Below are positions 1 to 10,418 of a stretch of 64,000 nt of DNA, one piece after another. Under the pieces are notes generated by a model. The model ran no database searches. It worked only from the letters and a program-made list of their open reading frames with translations, and had not been told where the DNA came from. A program made the translations under genes and the position numbers. This DNA comes from Myxococcales bacterium. GTDB lineage: Bacteria; Myxococcota_A; UBA9042. Each line of letters begins with the position of its first letter. Within the stretch, counting starts at the first letter, position 1. The stretch is taken from positions 64,001 to 128,000 of the forward strand of contig JBBISH010000003.1 in the NCBI GenBank assembly GCA_037441385.1, given 5' to 3'.

Positions 1-38
1 CTGCTACCAGTCTATTCCAGCAGTGGAATTCGCAAGGT

Positions 39-1292
39 GTGCAGGTGGCGCCCGCCCCGACCGAGCCAGAACTCAGTACCGCAGTCCAGGCTCCCCGCCA
101 AAGGCGATGGCTGCGCTGGCTCGCCGCGTTGGGCGCACTGGCGGCGCTGGCGCTGGCGGTGGACTGGCTCCTGACGCCGGGGCCGGGGACGTTACTGCTC
201 CAAGAAGTGCGCCCATCCAGATTCTTGGCTCCCGCGGTGAGCGTCGCCGTAATGCGGGATCAACCCGTTTTGCTGCGGTTTCCGAGCAGGAACACGGCCG
301 ACCTCCTGTCGGTGCGCCGGTTGGCGGGTGGCGTCGCGCTGCCGCTGCCGGTCAGCACGCCGGCCTGGGAATGGCCCCCGTTGGAAGTCGGCGATCACAA
401 CTTCGTGGTCGCCGATGACCGGTTGTTCGTTGTGGAAGTGGCCATTGGTCGGTACCTTGCCAATACCGGCGTGCGGTCACCTGACGGCGGCCGAGATTGC
501 CTGAGCGTGGTGCCACTCGCGGGCGGCCCCGCCCTGCGCCGCTGCCACTCACCTTCGTTGGACGTCTGGAGCATCGTGCCGGTGGATGCCGTCGATCGCG
601 ACGTGTACTACGCCGGATACTGGCAGGATCACGACGCGGTCGCCCTGGCCGTCGCCGCCGGCGATGGTACCTGGCGTCGGCTCGATGTGGTCAGCCACGC
701 GCACAACGACACGGACAATGTCGGCAATATCGTCCACGACCGCGACGCCATCTACTGGTCCACTCGGGCCCAGGTGCGGCGCGTAGATCGCAATAGTGGC
801 CGTGTTCGAACGGTCTTCCACGTCGACTTGCCCACGGGCCGAGAGATCGGCGACGAGCTTGCGCCGCACTTGACCATGGTCGGCCGGACTTTGGTGGTCG
901 CGTCCTACTCTAGCCTGAGCCCAGACGACTCCGTGCGGCCGGTCTACGCCTTGGATCCCAACCGCGAGGCCCGCGCTTCCACCACCGAACCGTTTGCCAA
1001 GCTGAAATTCACACCCTATCAGTCCACGACCGATGGCGTTGCGCTGTACGGTGCGGGCTCGAGGCGCATCTGGCGCTTGGACCTGGACGGTCATGCCCAG
1101 GCGCTGGCCTCCGTCGATTCAGGCTTCAAGTTGGCAGACTTGGCCGTTGCCGGCGATCGGGTCATCTACGTGGCAGGTTCGTTCCCAGGGCTCCTCCAGG
1201 CACCCAACGACGTGAGCGCCACGACGGCAGACCACCTCGGCGACACGCAAGTAGAACCGAGGACTTACAAGGTCTGGTCCGTGCCCAAGTAG
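39..1292 (+). CDS. Hypothetical membrane-anchored protein, probable beta-propeller
   Basis: 417-aa ORF with an N-terminal hydrophobic segment (WLAALGALAALALAVDWLL) and repeated short beta-strand motifs (DAIYWS, VALYGAG, DRVIYVAG); start uncertain. Confidence 0.55.
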   Translation: MQVAPAPTEPELSTAVQAPRQRRWLRWLAALGALAALALAVDWLLTPGPGTLLLQEVRPSRFLAPAVSVAVMRDQPVLLRFPSRNTADLLSVRRLAGGVALPLPVSTPAWEWPPLEVGDHNFVVADDRLFVVEVAIGRYLANTGVRSPDGGRDCLSVVPLAGGPALRRCHSPSLDVWSIVPVDAVDRDVYYAGYWQDHDAVALAVAAGDGTWRRLDVVSHAHNDTDNVGNIVHDRDAIYWSTRAQVRRVDRNSGRVRTVFHVDLPTGREIGDELAPHLTMVGRTLVVASYSSLSPDDSVRPVYALDPNREARASTTEPFAKLKFTPYQSTTDGVALYGAGSRRIWRLDLDGHAQALASVDSGFKLADLAVAGDRVIYVAGSFPGLLQAPNDVSATTADHLGDTQVEPRTYKVWSVPK

Positions 1293-1347
1293 CCCGCGGC
1301 TCGGGCCCAGGCTGCTGCCGAAACCGCACCAGCCCGCAGGAGCCCGC

Positions 1348-1950
1348 CTACACGATCCCCCACCACCGCCGCAGATCCAGCCCCACCGCGTCGAACGGCC
1401 GCAGCTTGACGCGCCGCTGCCGTCCTTCGGCGGTCTGGACGATGCTGTAGGCGCCCTCGCGCAGCTCCAGTACCTCCACAGTCTCGAGCAGCGGGTCGAC
1501 CAGCCACAGGTGCTGCACGCCCTGCTTGGCGTAGATCGGCAGCTTGCGCATGCGGTCATGGCGAGCGGTACTTGGCGACACCACTTCGCACACCCAGTCG
1601 GGCGCCAGCTCGATCCAGGGCGCTTCGCTGCGGGCGGGCATGCGCTCCAACCGCCAACCGGCCAGGTCGGGCACGATCACCTGTGGTGCCTCGTAGGGCC
1701 CCGGAAAGTGCAGCTCGGGCTCGAACAGGATGCGCCAGCCGCCGGGTGTGCGCGGACCACCGCCGCGGCCGAAGAATGCGCCAATCAGCTGCCCGCCCAG
1801 GACCGACGCTGCCTCGGTATGCGCCCCACCCGGCCGCGGCGACAGCACCAGCTCGCCGTCCAGGATTTCGGCGATCTTGTGCTCGGGCGCGGCCACCACG
1901 TCGTCATAGGTGGCGATGTTTCGCTCGGATTTGCGCGCTGTTGCCGGCAT
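1348..1950 (-). CDS. Uma2 family (PD-(D/E)xK-like) endonuclease domain protein
   Basis: AEILDGEL, EPELH, PDLAGW and APDWVCEVVSPST motifs; start placed at MPATARK after an AGAGG RBS. Confidence 0.85.
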   Translation of the reverse strand: MPATARKSERNIATYDDVVAAPEHKIAEILDGELVLSPRPGGAHTEAASVLGGQLIGAFFGRGGGPRTPGGWRILFEPELHFPGPYEAPQVIVPDLAGWRLERMPARSEAPWIELAPDWVCEVVSPSTARHDRMRKLPIYAKQGVQHLWLVDPLLETVEVLELREGAYSIVQTAEGRQRRVKLRPFDAVGLDLRRWWGIV

Positions 1951-2036
1951 GTTCCACCTCTGCAGCTGTCCACCAGCATAGCACACGCGCCAGCGGCATC
2001 GACACTGCAGAGGCCCGGCCTCGTGGCCGGAGGCCG

Positions 2037-3236
2037 CTAGCCAAACGCCGCTTTGAGCGCGCCCTCGATGTCGGCCATCTGATCATCCACGTGCTCGATG
2101 CCCACGCTCAGGCGCACCAGCCGGTCGTCGATGCCGATCTCGGCGCGGCGCTCGGGCGGGATCGACGCGTGGGTCATGATGCCGGGGTGCTCGATCAGCG
2201 ACTCGACGCCGCCAAGGGACTCGGCCAGCGTGAACACGCGCGTCGCGCTGAGGAATTTGCGGGCGTGCTCGACGTTGCCGTCCAAGTAGGCGGTGATCAT
2301 GCCGCCGCCGGCGCGCATTTGCTTTTGCACCAGGGCCCGCTGCGGGTGCGAGTCCAGGCCCGGATAGACGACCTGGGCCACCCGCGGGTGCTGCTCCAAC
2401 CACTTGGCGATCGTCAGGGCGTTCTGGCAGTGGCGCTCCATGCGCAGGCCCAGGGTCTTCAGGCCGCGGAGCGTGAGCCACGAGTCGAACGGGCCCGGCG
2501 TGCCGCCGTTGGCGTTCTGCAAGAAGGCGATGCGGTTGGCCAGGTCCTCGTCCTTGACGATCGCCGCGCCGCCCACCACGTCGCTGTGGCCGCCGATGTA
2601 CTTGGTGGTCGAGTGCGTGACGATGTCGGCGCCGAGCTCGAGCGGACGCTGCAAGTATGGCGTCGCAAAGGTGTTGTCCACCACCACCAGGACGCCGCGG
2701 GCATGGGCGCGCCGGCACAGCTCGCCGATGTCGACCACCTTGAGCATCGGATTGGTCGGCGTCTCGATCCACAGCAGCTTGGTCCGCTCTTCCACCACCG
2801 CGTCAAAGGCGGCCGGGTCGCGCAAGTCCGCGTAGCTGAAGCGCACACCGTGGCGACGCCAGACCTTGTCGAACTGACGGAACGTGCCGCCGTACATGTC
2901 GTCCATCGCCACCACGTGGTCGCCGGCGTCCAGCAGCGCGATCAAGGCGTGGGTCGCGGCCAGGCCCGACGAAAAGCACATCGCCCGTGTACCGCCCTCC
3001 AGGCTCGCCAACGCCGCCTGCAGCGCATCGCGGGTCGGGTTGCTGGTGCGCGAGTACTCGTGGCCCAGGTGCTGGCCCGGCGAGGGCTGGGCAAACGTAG
3101 AGGTTTGGTAAATCGGCACCACCACCGCCCCGGTCAGCCCCTCGGGGTCCTGGCCGGCGTGGATGGCGCGCGTCTCGAAGTGGGCGTGGCTCCAGTCGTG
3201 CTTGGGCGCGGCCGGGGTCGAGAATTCTGCAGACAT
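2037..3236 (-). CDS. metB: Cystathionine gamma-synthase/gamma-lyase (Cys/Met metabolism PLP enzyme)
   Basis: YSRTSNPT, ETPTNP, DNTFATP, HSTTKYIGGHSD (PLP lysine), AESLGGVESL, RLSVGIE. Confidence 0.9.
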   Translation of the reverse strand: MSAEFSTPAAPKHDWSHAHFETRAIHAGQDPEGLTGAVVVPIYQTSTFAQPSPGQHLGHEYSRTSNPTRDALQAALASLEGGTRAMCFSSGLAATHALIALLDAGDHVVAMDDMYGGTFRQFDKVWRRHGVRFSYADLRDPAAFDAVVEERTKLLWIETPTNPMLKVVDIGELCRRAHARGVLVVVDNTFATPYLQRPLELGADIVTHSTTKYIGGHSDVVGGAAIVKDEDLANRIAFLQNANGGTPGPFDSWLTLRGLKTLGLRMERHCQNALTIAKWLEQHPRVAQVVYPGLDSHPQRALVQKQMRAGGGMITAYLDGNVEHARKFLSATRVFTLAESLGGVESLIEHPGIMTHASIPPERRAEIGIDDRLVRLSVGIEHVDDQMADIEGALKAAFG

Positions 3237-3253
3237 TTTGCTACCTCTTGGTT

Positions 3254-4195
3254 TCAGCCGTTGGGATGCTCGGCGTACCAGGCGATCGCCCGCCGCAGCC
3301 CTTCGGCAAATTTCACGGGCGCGGTGTAGCCCAGGTCGCGCTGCGCCGCGCTGATGTCGGCCAGGCTGTCGCGGATATCGCCCGCGCGCGCCGACATGAA
3401 CATCGGCTCGATCGACGTACCCAGCAACTGGTTGATGGTATTGACCAGATCCAGCAGCGACACGCGCTCATGGCACGCGACGTTGTAGACGTTGCCCGGC
3501 GCCGCCGGCGCGGTCATCGCCAGCAGGTTGGCCTGCACCACGTTGTCGATGTAGGCAAAATCGCGGGTCTGCCCACCGTCGCCGAACACCGTGGGCTGCT
3601 TGCCGGCCTGCATCCACGTCACAAAGCGCGGGATCACGGCGGCGTACTCGTTTTCGGGCGACTGGCGCGGCCCAAAAACGTTGAAGTAGCGCAGGGCTAC
3701 GCACTCCAGGCCGTAGCAGCGGGTCCACACTTTGCAGTAGTGCTCGCCCATCAGCTTCTGCGCACCGTACGGGCTCAGCGGGTCGGGCGCCATGGTCTCG
3801 ACTTTGGGCAAAACCGGCGTTTCGCCATACGCCGCCGAGGACGCCGCGAAATTGACGCGCTTGACGCCAGCCTGCCGCGCTGCCTGCAGCACATTCAGCG
3901 TGCCGCCGATGTTGACGGCATGGCTCGTCTCGGGGTCTTCCACCGAGCGCGCCACGCTGGGCAAGGCCGCTTGGTGCAAGACGTTGTCTGCGCCAGCAAA
4001 CACCTTGTCGAGCAGAGCGCGATCGCGGATGTCGCCCTCGATGATCTCAATATCCTGGGCAATATCCGCCAGATTGACCCGGCGCCCCGTCGAGAAATTG
4101 TCGACGACGCGCACCTTGTCACCGCGCTGCAGGAGCGCGTGGGCCAAATTCGAGCCGATGAAGCCTGCCCCGCCGGTGATGACGACCGTGGCCAT
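3254..4195 (-). CDS. NAD-dependent nucleotide-sugar epimerase/dehydratase (WbpP-like extended SDR)
   Basis: TGGAGFIGS, YGAQK (YxxxK), LRYFNVFGPRQ, GDGGQTRDF. Confidence 0.9.
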   Translation of the reverse strand: MATVVITGGAGFIGSNLAHALLQRGDKVRVVDNFSTGRRVNLADIAQDIEIIEGDIRDRALLDKVFAGADNVLHQAALPSVARSVEDPETSHAVNIGGTLNVLQAARQAGVKRVNFAASSAAYGETPVLPKVETMAPDPLSPYGAQKLMGEHYCKVWTRCYGLECVALRYFNVFGPRQSPENEYAAVIPRFVTWMQAGKQPTVFGDGGQTRDFAYIDNVVQANLLAMTAPAAPGNVYNVACHERVSLLDLVNTINQLLGTSIEPMFMSARAGDIRDSLADISAAQRDLGYTAPVKFAEGLRRAIAWYAEHPNG

Positions 4196-4227
4196 AGCTG
4201 CTCCAAATTATGTGATTTTTTGAGAAC

Positions 4228-5475
4228 TTACTGATTCATACCGTCGAGGAACTGCTGATTCGTCTCGTACTTGCGAATCTTGTCCAGCAGGAATTCCATC
4301 GAGTCGATCACGTTCAGCGGGTGTAGCAACTGGCGGAGCAGCCACACACGGTTCAGGGTCCGCTCGTCGAACAGCAGATCTTCCTTGCGGGTGCCGGACT
4401 TGTTGATGTCCAAGCAGGGGAAGATGCGCTTCTCCATCAGCTTGCGATCCAGGTGGATTTCGCAGTTGCCGGTGCCCTTGAACTCTTCGAAGATCACTTC
4501 GTCCATGCGCGAGCCGGTGTCGATCAGCGCGGTACCGATGATCGTCAGCGAGCCGCCCTCTTCGATGTTGCGCGCGGCGCCAAAGAAGCGCTTGGGCTTG
4601 TGCAGCGCGTTGGAGTCCACACCGCCCGACAGGATCTTGCCGCTGGGCGGAACCACGGTGTTGTAGGCGCGCGCCAGGCGGGTGATCGAGTCGAGCAGGA
4701 TCACCACGTCGCGGCCGTGTTCGACCAGGCGCTTGGCCTTTTCGATCACCATCTCGGCCACTTGCACGTGACGGCTGGCGGGCTCGTCAAACGTCGAGCT
4801 GACCACTTCGCCCTGAACGGTGCGCTGCATGTCCGTCACTTCTTCCGGACGCTCGTCGATCAGCAGCACGATCAGGTAGATCTCTTTGTGGTTGGTGGCG
4901 ATGGCGTGCGCCAGCTCCTGCAGCAGCACCGTCTTGCCGGTGCGCGGCGGGGCGACGATCAGCGTGCGCTGGCCCTTGCCCTGCGGGCACATCAGGTCGA
5001 CGATGCGCGTCGTGAAGCTTTTGGGGTGGTATTCCAGGCGCATGCGCTCGCTAGGGTACAGCGGCGTCAGGTTGTCGAACAGGATCTTGTTCTTGGCAAC
5101 CTCGGGATCTTCGAAGTTGATCTCATCGACCTTGAGCAGCGCGAAGTAGCGCTCGCCTTCGCGGGGCGGCCGAATCTCGCCGCGGACCGTGTCGCCATTG
5201 CGCAGGCCAAAGCGGCGGATCTGGCTGGGCGAGACGTAGATGTCGTCGCTGCCCGGGAAGTAGTTGTAATCCGGCGAGCGCAGGAAGCCGTAGCCGTCGG
5301 GCAGGACTTGCAGCACGCCTTCGGAGTAGATCGCGCCTTCGCGGTTGGTCTGCGCCGTGAGCAGGCTGAAGATCAGGTCCTGGCGGTGCATGCTGGCGGC
5401 GTCTTCGATGCCGAATTCATTGGCCATTCCAACGAGTTCGGCCATTTTCATATGCTTGAGATCAATCAGATTCAT
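4228..5475 (-). CDS. rho: Transcription termination factor Rho
   Basis: [60 protein letters not shown]. Confidence 0.98.
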   Translation of the reverse strand: MNLIDLKHMKMAELVGMANEFGIEDAASMHRQDLIFSLLTAQTNREGAIYSEGVLQVLPDGYGFLRSPDYNYFPGSDDIYVSPSQIRRFGLRNGDTVRGEIRPPREGERYFALLKVDEINFEDPEVAKNKILFDNLTPLYPSERMRLEYHPKSFTTRIVDLMCPQGKGQRTLIVAPPRTGKTVLLQELAHAIATNHKEIYLIVLLIDERPEEVTDMQRTVQGEVVSSTFDEPASRHVQVAEMVIEKAKRLVEHGRDVVILLDSITRLARAYNTVVPPSGKILSGGVDSNALHKPKRFFGAARNIEEGGSLTIIGTALIDTGSRMDEVIFEEFKGTGNCEIHLDRKLMEKRIFPCLDINKSGTRKEDLLFDERTLNRVWLLRQLLHPLNVIDSMEFLLDKIRKYETNQQFLDGMNQ

Positions 5476-5736
5476 AGTTCACCAAAGGCGGTTGCGGCAG
5501 GACGGCTGGCAGGCTTGAGCCAAGCAGGAACGCGGGCGAGTCGCCAGGGCCGCGGGGAAATTCCGCCGGGGAAGGGCAGTGGGGCGAGTTGGGAGAAGCA
5601 GCTAAGTAACGGGAACGAGGGGGCAACTGGGCGCCAGGCGCCAGCTACGATCGACCGTGGTTCTTGGGGCGGACTCGAGGTCAACCGCCGGGCGGCCAAG
5701 CTCGAAACCCCTGGACCTGCGGGTGACGGTGGGCGA

Positions 5737-5765
5737 AGCATAAGAGTGGCGGCCCGGCCTGTCAA
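5737..5765 (-). promoter_or_regulatory. Sigma70-type promoter of rho
   Basis: Minus strand reads TTGACA-N17-TATGCT; implied start site near 5730. Confidence 0.7.
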
Positions 5766-5992
5766 GGCGCCAACTTGGAAGGCATACACTTTGTCGTTTG
5801 GGGCGCCTGCGCTACAGTGCAGGGGCGGGTGAGCGCCCGCGACGGCGGACCATGGCCACGCCCGCAGCCGAAAATGCACACCAGCGCCTGCGGGTTTCGT
5901 GGCGCATGCCTGCGCGGCAAGTCTACAAAAAAACTACTGATCCGCTGCTCGTCGAGCGGCACCGCGCCTTGGCTGGGGCCCGGCGGCGGCGC

Positions 5993-7225
5993 ATGGGCTT
6001 TTGGCGCAGCCTGGGCCGGTCCAACCGACTGTTCCCGCGAAAATTGGTGGTGACCCGCGAAGGCAAATGGATCATCGGCATCGCGATCTTGCTGGGCGCC
6101 GCCGCCGTCAACACCGGCAACAACCTGCTGTACCTGGTCTTGTCGCTGACGATCAGCGTGATCGCGGTGTCGGGCATGCTCAGCGAGTGGTGCTTGCGCG
6201 ACCTGGAGCTGCGCCGCCACTACCCGCGCGAGCTGGTCCACGGCGAGGCGAGCGTCCTGCGCATCCAAGTGCACAACGACAAACCACGCGCGGCGCTGCA
6301 TCTCGAGGTGGGCGAGGTGCTGGACGGCGAGCCCGACGTGCAGGTGCGCGACGGCTTTGTGCTGCACTTGGCCGGCGGCGAGGTGGGCCAGGCTTTTGGG
6401 GCGATTCGGCCGCTGCGGCGCGGACCGGTGGCAACCGCGGGGATCCAGTTGGCCACCTCGTATCCCTTTGGTTTCGCCCGCAAAGCGCGCATTTTTGACG
6501 ACCCGGCCGAGTTCTTGGTGCTGCCCCAGGTGGCGCCGATGGGACCCGAGTGGCGCGGCTCGCTGGACCGCGGCAGCAGTGAACTGTCACGCAAGATCGG
6601 CCAAGGCGACAATTTTGCCGGGCTGCGCGACGCCCGCCCCGGCGATGCCTTGCGCGACATCTATTGGAAGGCCTCGGCCCGCCGCGGCCGGCTGATGGCC
6701 CGCGAATGGCAGGCCGAAGCGGCCCGCGTCGCGCTGGTGCGCTTTGTGCACGTGGCCCCGGGCAGCGACGATCATCCGCGGGCGCTCGACGCCGGCTGCG
6801 CGCGCGTGGCGGGCCTTTGCCACGCCCTGCTGCAAGCCGGTTTTGCGGTGGGCTTGCAGACGCTGGACGGCTGCGTGGCCCCGGCCGCCGATCCCACCGG
6901 CCAAGGTGAGCCCCTGCACGATATCCGCCGTACTTTGGCGCAGTTGCTGCCTGCGGATCGCCCACCACCGCCCGAATGGCCGCTGGCCGACGACGACTGG
7001 GTCGACAAGGTGCGCCTGGCCAAGCAACGGGCGGCTGCCATTTCTCAAGGGCAGGCACTCACTTGGGCACCCGTGGCGGTGCAAGGGCCGGCCGAGGTCT
7101 ACCTGGTTCGCTATGTCAGCCGCCAAGACGTGGCCGTCGCCGGCGGGTTCGATGCGCAAGTGCTACTAGACGCCGACGGCAGCGTGGCGGGCATCGAGCG
7201 GCCAGCCGTGCGGGGTGCCGCATGA
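5993..7225 (+). CDS. DUF58 domain membrane protein
   Basis: AAVNTGNNLLYL membrane hairpin, YPFGF, FAGLRDARPGD..IYWKASAR; alternative start at 5852. Confidence 0.85.
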   Translation: MGFWRSLGRSNRLFPRKLVVTREGKWIIGIAILLGAAAVNTGNNLLYLVLSLTISVIAVSGMLSEWCLRDLELRRHYPRELVHGEASVLRIQVHNDKPRAALHLEVGEVLDGEPDVQVRDGFVLHLAGGEVGQAFGAIRPLRRGPVATAGIQLATSYPFGFARKARIFDDPAEFLVLPQVAPMGPEWRGSLDRGSSELSRKIGQGDNFAGLRDARPGDALRDIYWKASARRGRLMAREWQAEAARVALVRFVHVAPGSDDHPRALDAGCARVAGLCHALLQAGFAVGLQTLDGCVAPAADPTGQGEPLHDIRRTLAQLLPADRPPPPEWPLADDDWVDKVRLAKQRAAAISQGQALTWAPVAVQGPAEVYLVRYVSRQDVAVAGGFDAQVLLDADGSVAGIERPAVRGAA

Positions 7226-9561
7226 GCCGGACGGCCAATTGGGATGTGCACAAGACGTTCCAAGCCGTCTCGTATGGTCTGGTAGCGGCTGCGTTTTTGC
7301 CAATCGCGCTGTCAGGCGAGGTCGGCCAGGTCGCCCCGCTGGCCTTTGCGATCGCCGCCATCGCGTCGCTGTTTCGCGATCCGCGCAGCAGCCCGCCGCG
7401 GCCCCAGACCGCGCGCTTGTGGACCGCGGTGGTGCTGGTGGCCTTTGCCGTGCTGGTCACTTGGTCGCTGCAGGACGGCAATTGGCTGTTGCACGCCCTG
7501 GAATTCGCGCTGCTGCTGACCGCGAGCCGGCTTTTTCAACGAAGATTTGCCAAGGATCACCTACAGTTGCTTGGTCTGTCCTTCATCTTGCTGCTGGTAG
7601 CGGCGATCGTGCAGCCCGGTCCGCTGTTCGCCTTGTGTTTCCTGGCCTTTGCGGTGCTGGTCATGTGGGGCCTGAGCCTGCTGCACCTCACCCGGCAAAT
7701 CGAGGTACAGACCGAGACGGGCCCCGAGCACTTGCTGCCCCCCGAGCCGCCTGGGCGCCGCTGGCTGGGTCTGCTGCCGCCCAAACCCGTGCCGGCTCCA
7801 GTGGTTTGGCCCGAATTGCCCGTGCACGCCTCGACCGTGCAGTGGCGATCGCGGCGGCTGCTGGGTCCGCGCTATTTCGCCGTCACGACGCTGCTCAGCT
7901 TGGCGGTGCTGGCCGGTTCGGCGCTGTTCTTCTTCCTGTTTCCGCGCCTGGGCATGGGCTTCTTCTTCGCCCAGACGCGCGCGCCCAAAAGCGTCATCGG
8001 CTTCTCGACCGACGCACAGCTGGGCCAGTTTGGCGCGCTCAAGAACAATGCCGAAGTGGTAGCGCGGGTGACGTTCCCCAACAATCCCGAACGATTGCAG
8101 CAAAGTTTGCGCTTGCGCGGCGTCAGTTTCGACACGTTTGCCGGCAACGGCTGGACGCGACCGCAAGACGAGCCGTGGCCCCTGCGCGGCAACGCGGGGG
8201 TCATCCGCGTGCCCCGCGTTGACGAGCCAGATCCCCAGCGCGAGATCAGTTGGCGCGCCGAACTGTACCTAGAGCCGCTGGATCGCCAGCAGCGCGTGCT
8301 GTTCGTGCCGCCGCAGACTTGGGCGGTCGAGCTGCTTGACACGCGCTTTGACTACCTGCGCGGCCGCAAAAAGTCGGTGCTGCGGGCCCAGAACGGCGAT
8401 CTGACCTATCAGGCGCCCCCCGATACGGCGCTGCACTACGCGGTCCAGGTCAAAGAAGTTACGGATATCGTGACGGAAGCCCAAGAGTTGCGCCAGGCCT
8501 CGACCCAGATGCCCGCCGAGTTGCGCGATCGCTACACGCAGTTGCCCCCCGACTTGGACCCGCGCATTGCCAAGCTAGCGGCTGAATTGGCTGGGCAGTC
8601 GCCCACTTGGTTCGATCAGGCCTACGCCATCGAGCGCGGCCTGCGCGCAGGTTGGACCTACTCGCTGGCAGGCGACCAAGACGCCCAAGCGCCGCTCGCG
8701 GACTTCCTGTTCGGCAAAAAGCACGGCCATTGCGAGTTCTTTGCCACAGCGATGGTGCTGCTCTTGCGCACGCGCGGGATTCCAGCGCGCGAGGTCCACG
8801 GCTTCGCGGGCGGCACGATCAACCCGATCGGCAACTATCGGATGGTGCGGCAGGGCGACGCCCACGCCTGGGTCGAGGTCTACTTCCCCAAGATCGGCTG
8901 GCGCACCTTCGATCCCACCCCGCCCTCGGGCCAGGTGGCGCCGCCCGACGAAGGGCTGGGCCAGCAGCTACGGCAACTGGCCGACAGTGCAAGCCTTTTG
9001 TGGTACCAGTGGGTGGTCGAGTACGACCTGGACCGGCAGGTCGAGATGCTGCGTTCGTTGGGCGGCCTGCTGAAAAACTTGCGCGGCGACCGCAGCATGG
9101 CCAAGTGGCTGGGCCAAGGCGGCACTACTCAAGAGCAATCCGACGAGCCGCGCTCGCAATTCGACCTGCCCTGGTGGATCTGGCCCGCGCTGGGAGCGGC
9201 GGCGGCCGTGGCGGTGTTTTGGTGGTGGCGTCGCGGCCGCGCCGGCTTGGACGGCTCCCATCTGGATCCAGCCGTGGATCGCGGCGCTCACCAACTGCAA
9301 TTGGCCTTGGCGCGGCAAGGGTGGCAGCGCCTTCCGCACGAAACATGGCATGGTGTCGCGCAGCGTCTCGCGGACGAGGCGAGCCAACTCAGTGCCGTGC
9401 TTGGCCAATTCGCAGACGTCTACGATCGCGCCCGCTATTCGGACGAGGGTGTGCAGCCCCACCGCCGTACCCTGATCGCGCTGACCCAGCAGGCTGTGGC
9501 CGAGGCTCTGCGCCTGGACCGCGAGCGGCGCCGCCACCCCAACCTTTCTGGGCAGCCATGA
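7222..9561 (+). CDS. Transglutaminase-like membrane protein (DUF3488/TgpA family)
   Basis: Multi-TM N-terminus, FPR motif, GHCEFFATAM and AHAWVEVY...W..FDPTP catalytic motifs; ATGA overlap with the DUF58 gene. Confidence 0.9.
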   Translation: MSRTANWDVHKTFQAVSYGLVAAAFLPIALSGEVGQVAPLAFAIAAIASLFRDPRSSPPRPQTARLWTAVVLVAFAVLVTWSLQDGNWLLHALEFALLLTASRLFQRRFAKDHLQLLGLSFILLLVAAIVQPGPLFALCFLAFAVLVMWGLSLLHLTRQIEVQTETGPEHLLPPEPPGRRWLGLLPPKPVPAPVVWPELPVHASTVQWRSRRLLGPRYFAVTTLLSLAVLAGSALFFFLFPRLGMGFFFAQTRAPKSVIGFSTDAQLGQFGALKNNAEVVARVTFPNNPERLQQSLRLRGVSFDTFAGNGWTRPQDEPWPLRGNAGVIRVPRVDEPDPQREISWRAELYLEPLDRQQRVLFVPPQTWAVELLDTRFDYLRGRKKSVLRAQNGDLTYQAPPDTALHYAVQVKEVTDIVTEAQELRQASTQMPAELRDRYTQLPPDLDPRIAKLAAELAGQSPTWFDQAYAIERGLRAGWTYSLAGDQDAQAPLADFLFGKKHGHCEFFATAMVLLLRTRGIPAREVHGFAGGTINPIGNYRMVRQGDAHAWVEVYFPKIGWRTFDPTPPSGQVAPPDEGLGQQLRQLADSASLLWYQWVVEYDLDRQVEMLRSLGGLLKNLRGDRSMAKWLGQGGTTQEQSDEPRSQFDLPWWIWPALGAAAAVAVFWWWRRGRAGLDGSHLDPAVDRGAHQLQLALARQGWQRLPHETWHGVAQRLADEASQLSAVLGQFADVYDRARYSDEGVQPHRRTLIALTQQAVAEALRLDRERRRHPNLSGQP

Positions 9562-10409
9562 GCCATGCGGACTTGCGCGATTTGAGCGGCGCGGAGGGCC
9601 CGGGCCTGTGGCGGCTGCCGTTGCCGTCGCCCACCCTGCCGCCGGCCACCGCCACCAACCACTACCTGGTCGGCGACGATCGCGCTGTGCTGGTGGATCC
9701 GGCCACACCTGGCTCGCAAGCCCAGGCCAGGCTTGGCGATTGGCTGAAGCTGGCCCGCGCGGCCGGCGTCCAAGTTGTGGCGCAGCTGCTAACTCACCAC
9801 CACCGCGATCACATCGGCGCCGCCGAATTCGTTCGCGATTCGTTCCAGCTGCCGATTTGGGCCCACCGCGCCACTGCCGAACGGCTGGCCGACCGGCTGC
9901 GCGTCGATACTTGGATCGAGGAGGGAGCCACTGTGGCCCACAACCGCGACGGCTCGCCGTGGCAGGCGCTGCACACGCCGGGACACGCTCCGGGCCATCT
10001 CGCGCTGTGGCACGCGGCCTCGCGGCAGGCCGTGGTGGGCGACCTGGTGGCCGGTCAAGGCACGATCCTCATCGATCCCAGCGACGGCCACATGGGCCAG
10101 TACCTGGCAAGCCTGCAGCGGGTGGCTGACTTGCAGCCTCGCTCGCTGGCCCCAGCCCACGGGCCAGTACAACTCCAAGCTGCGGAGCTGCTCGCCCACT
10201 ACCGCCGGCATCGCCTGGCGCGCGAAGGTGCCGTGCTGCAAGCTCTTTCGTCCACGCCGCAGGCCCCAGCCGATCTCTTGCCGGTAGCCTACGCCGATGT
10301 GCCGCGGACTACCTGGCCGCTGGCGCTGCGTTCGCTGACGACACACCTGATCCACCTGCAAGAGCAGGGGCTGGCCCTGTCCAGTGCGGCGGGCTGGCAA
10401 CGGATTTGA
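9558..10409 (+). CDS. MBL-fold metallo-hydrolase (LACTB2-like)
   Basis: PTLPPATATNHYL, THHHRDH, HTPGHAPGH, PAHG; ATGA overlap with the upstream gene. Confidence 0.85.
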   Translation: MSHADLRDLSGAEGPGLWRLPLPSPTLPPATATNHYLVGDDRAVLVDPATPGSQAQARLGDWLKLARAAGVQVVAQLLTHHHRDHIGAAEFVRDSFQLPIWAHRATAERLADRLRVDTWIEEGATVAHNRDGSPWQALHTPGHAPGHLALWHAASRQAVVGDLVAGQGTILIDPSDGHMGQYLASLQRVADLQPRSLAPAHGPVQLQAAELLAHYRRHRLAREGAVLQALSSTPQAPADLLPVAYADVPRTTWPLALRSLTTHLIHLQEQGLALSSAAGWQRI

Positions 10410-10418
10410 CTCGGCGCG

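Noticed and set aside
1348..1950. Uma2 gene as part of a defence or restriction system
   Set aside because: No methylase or other defence genes nearby; solitary Uma2 genes are common in myxobacteria
1572..3329. Long antisense or alternative-frame ORFs (also 16314-18737, 46027-47535, 57881-59551, 60771-62012 and many others)
   Set aside because: Shadow ORFs expected at high GC opposite or overlapping well-supported genes; no motifs of their own
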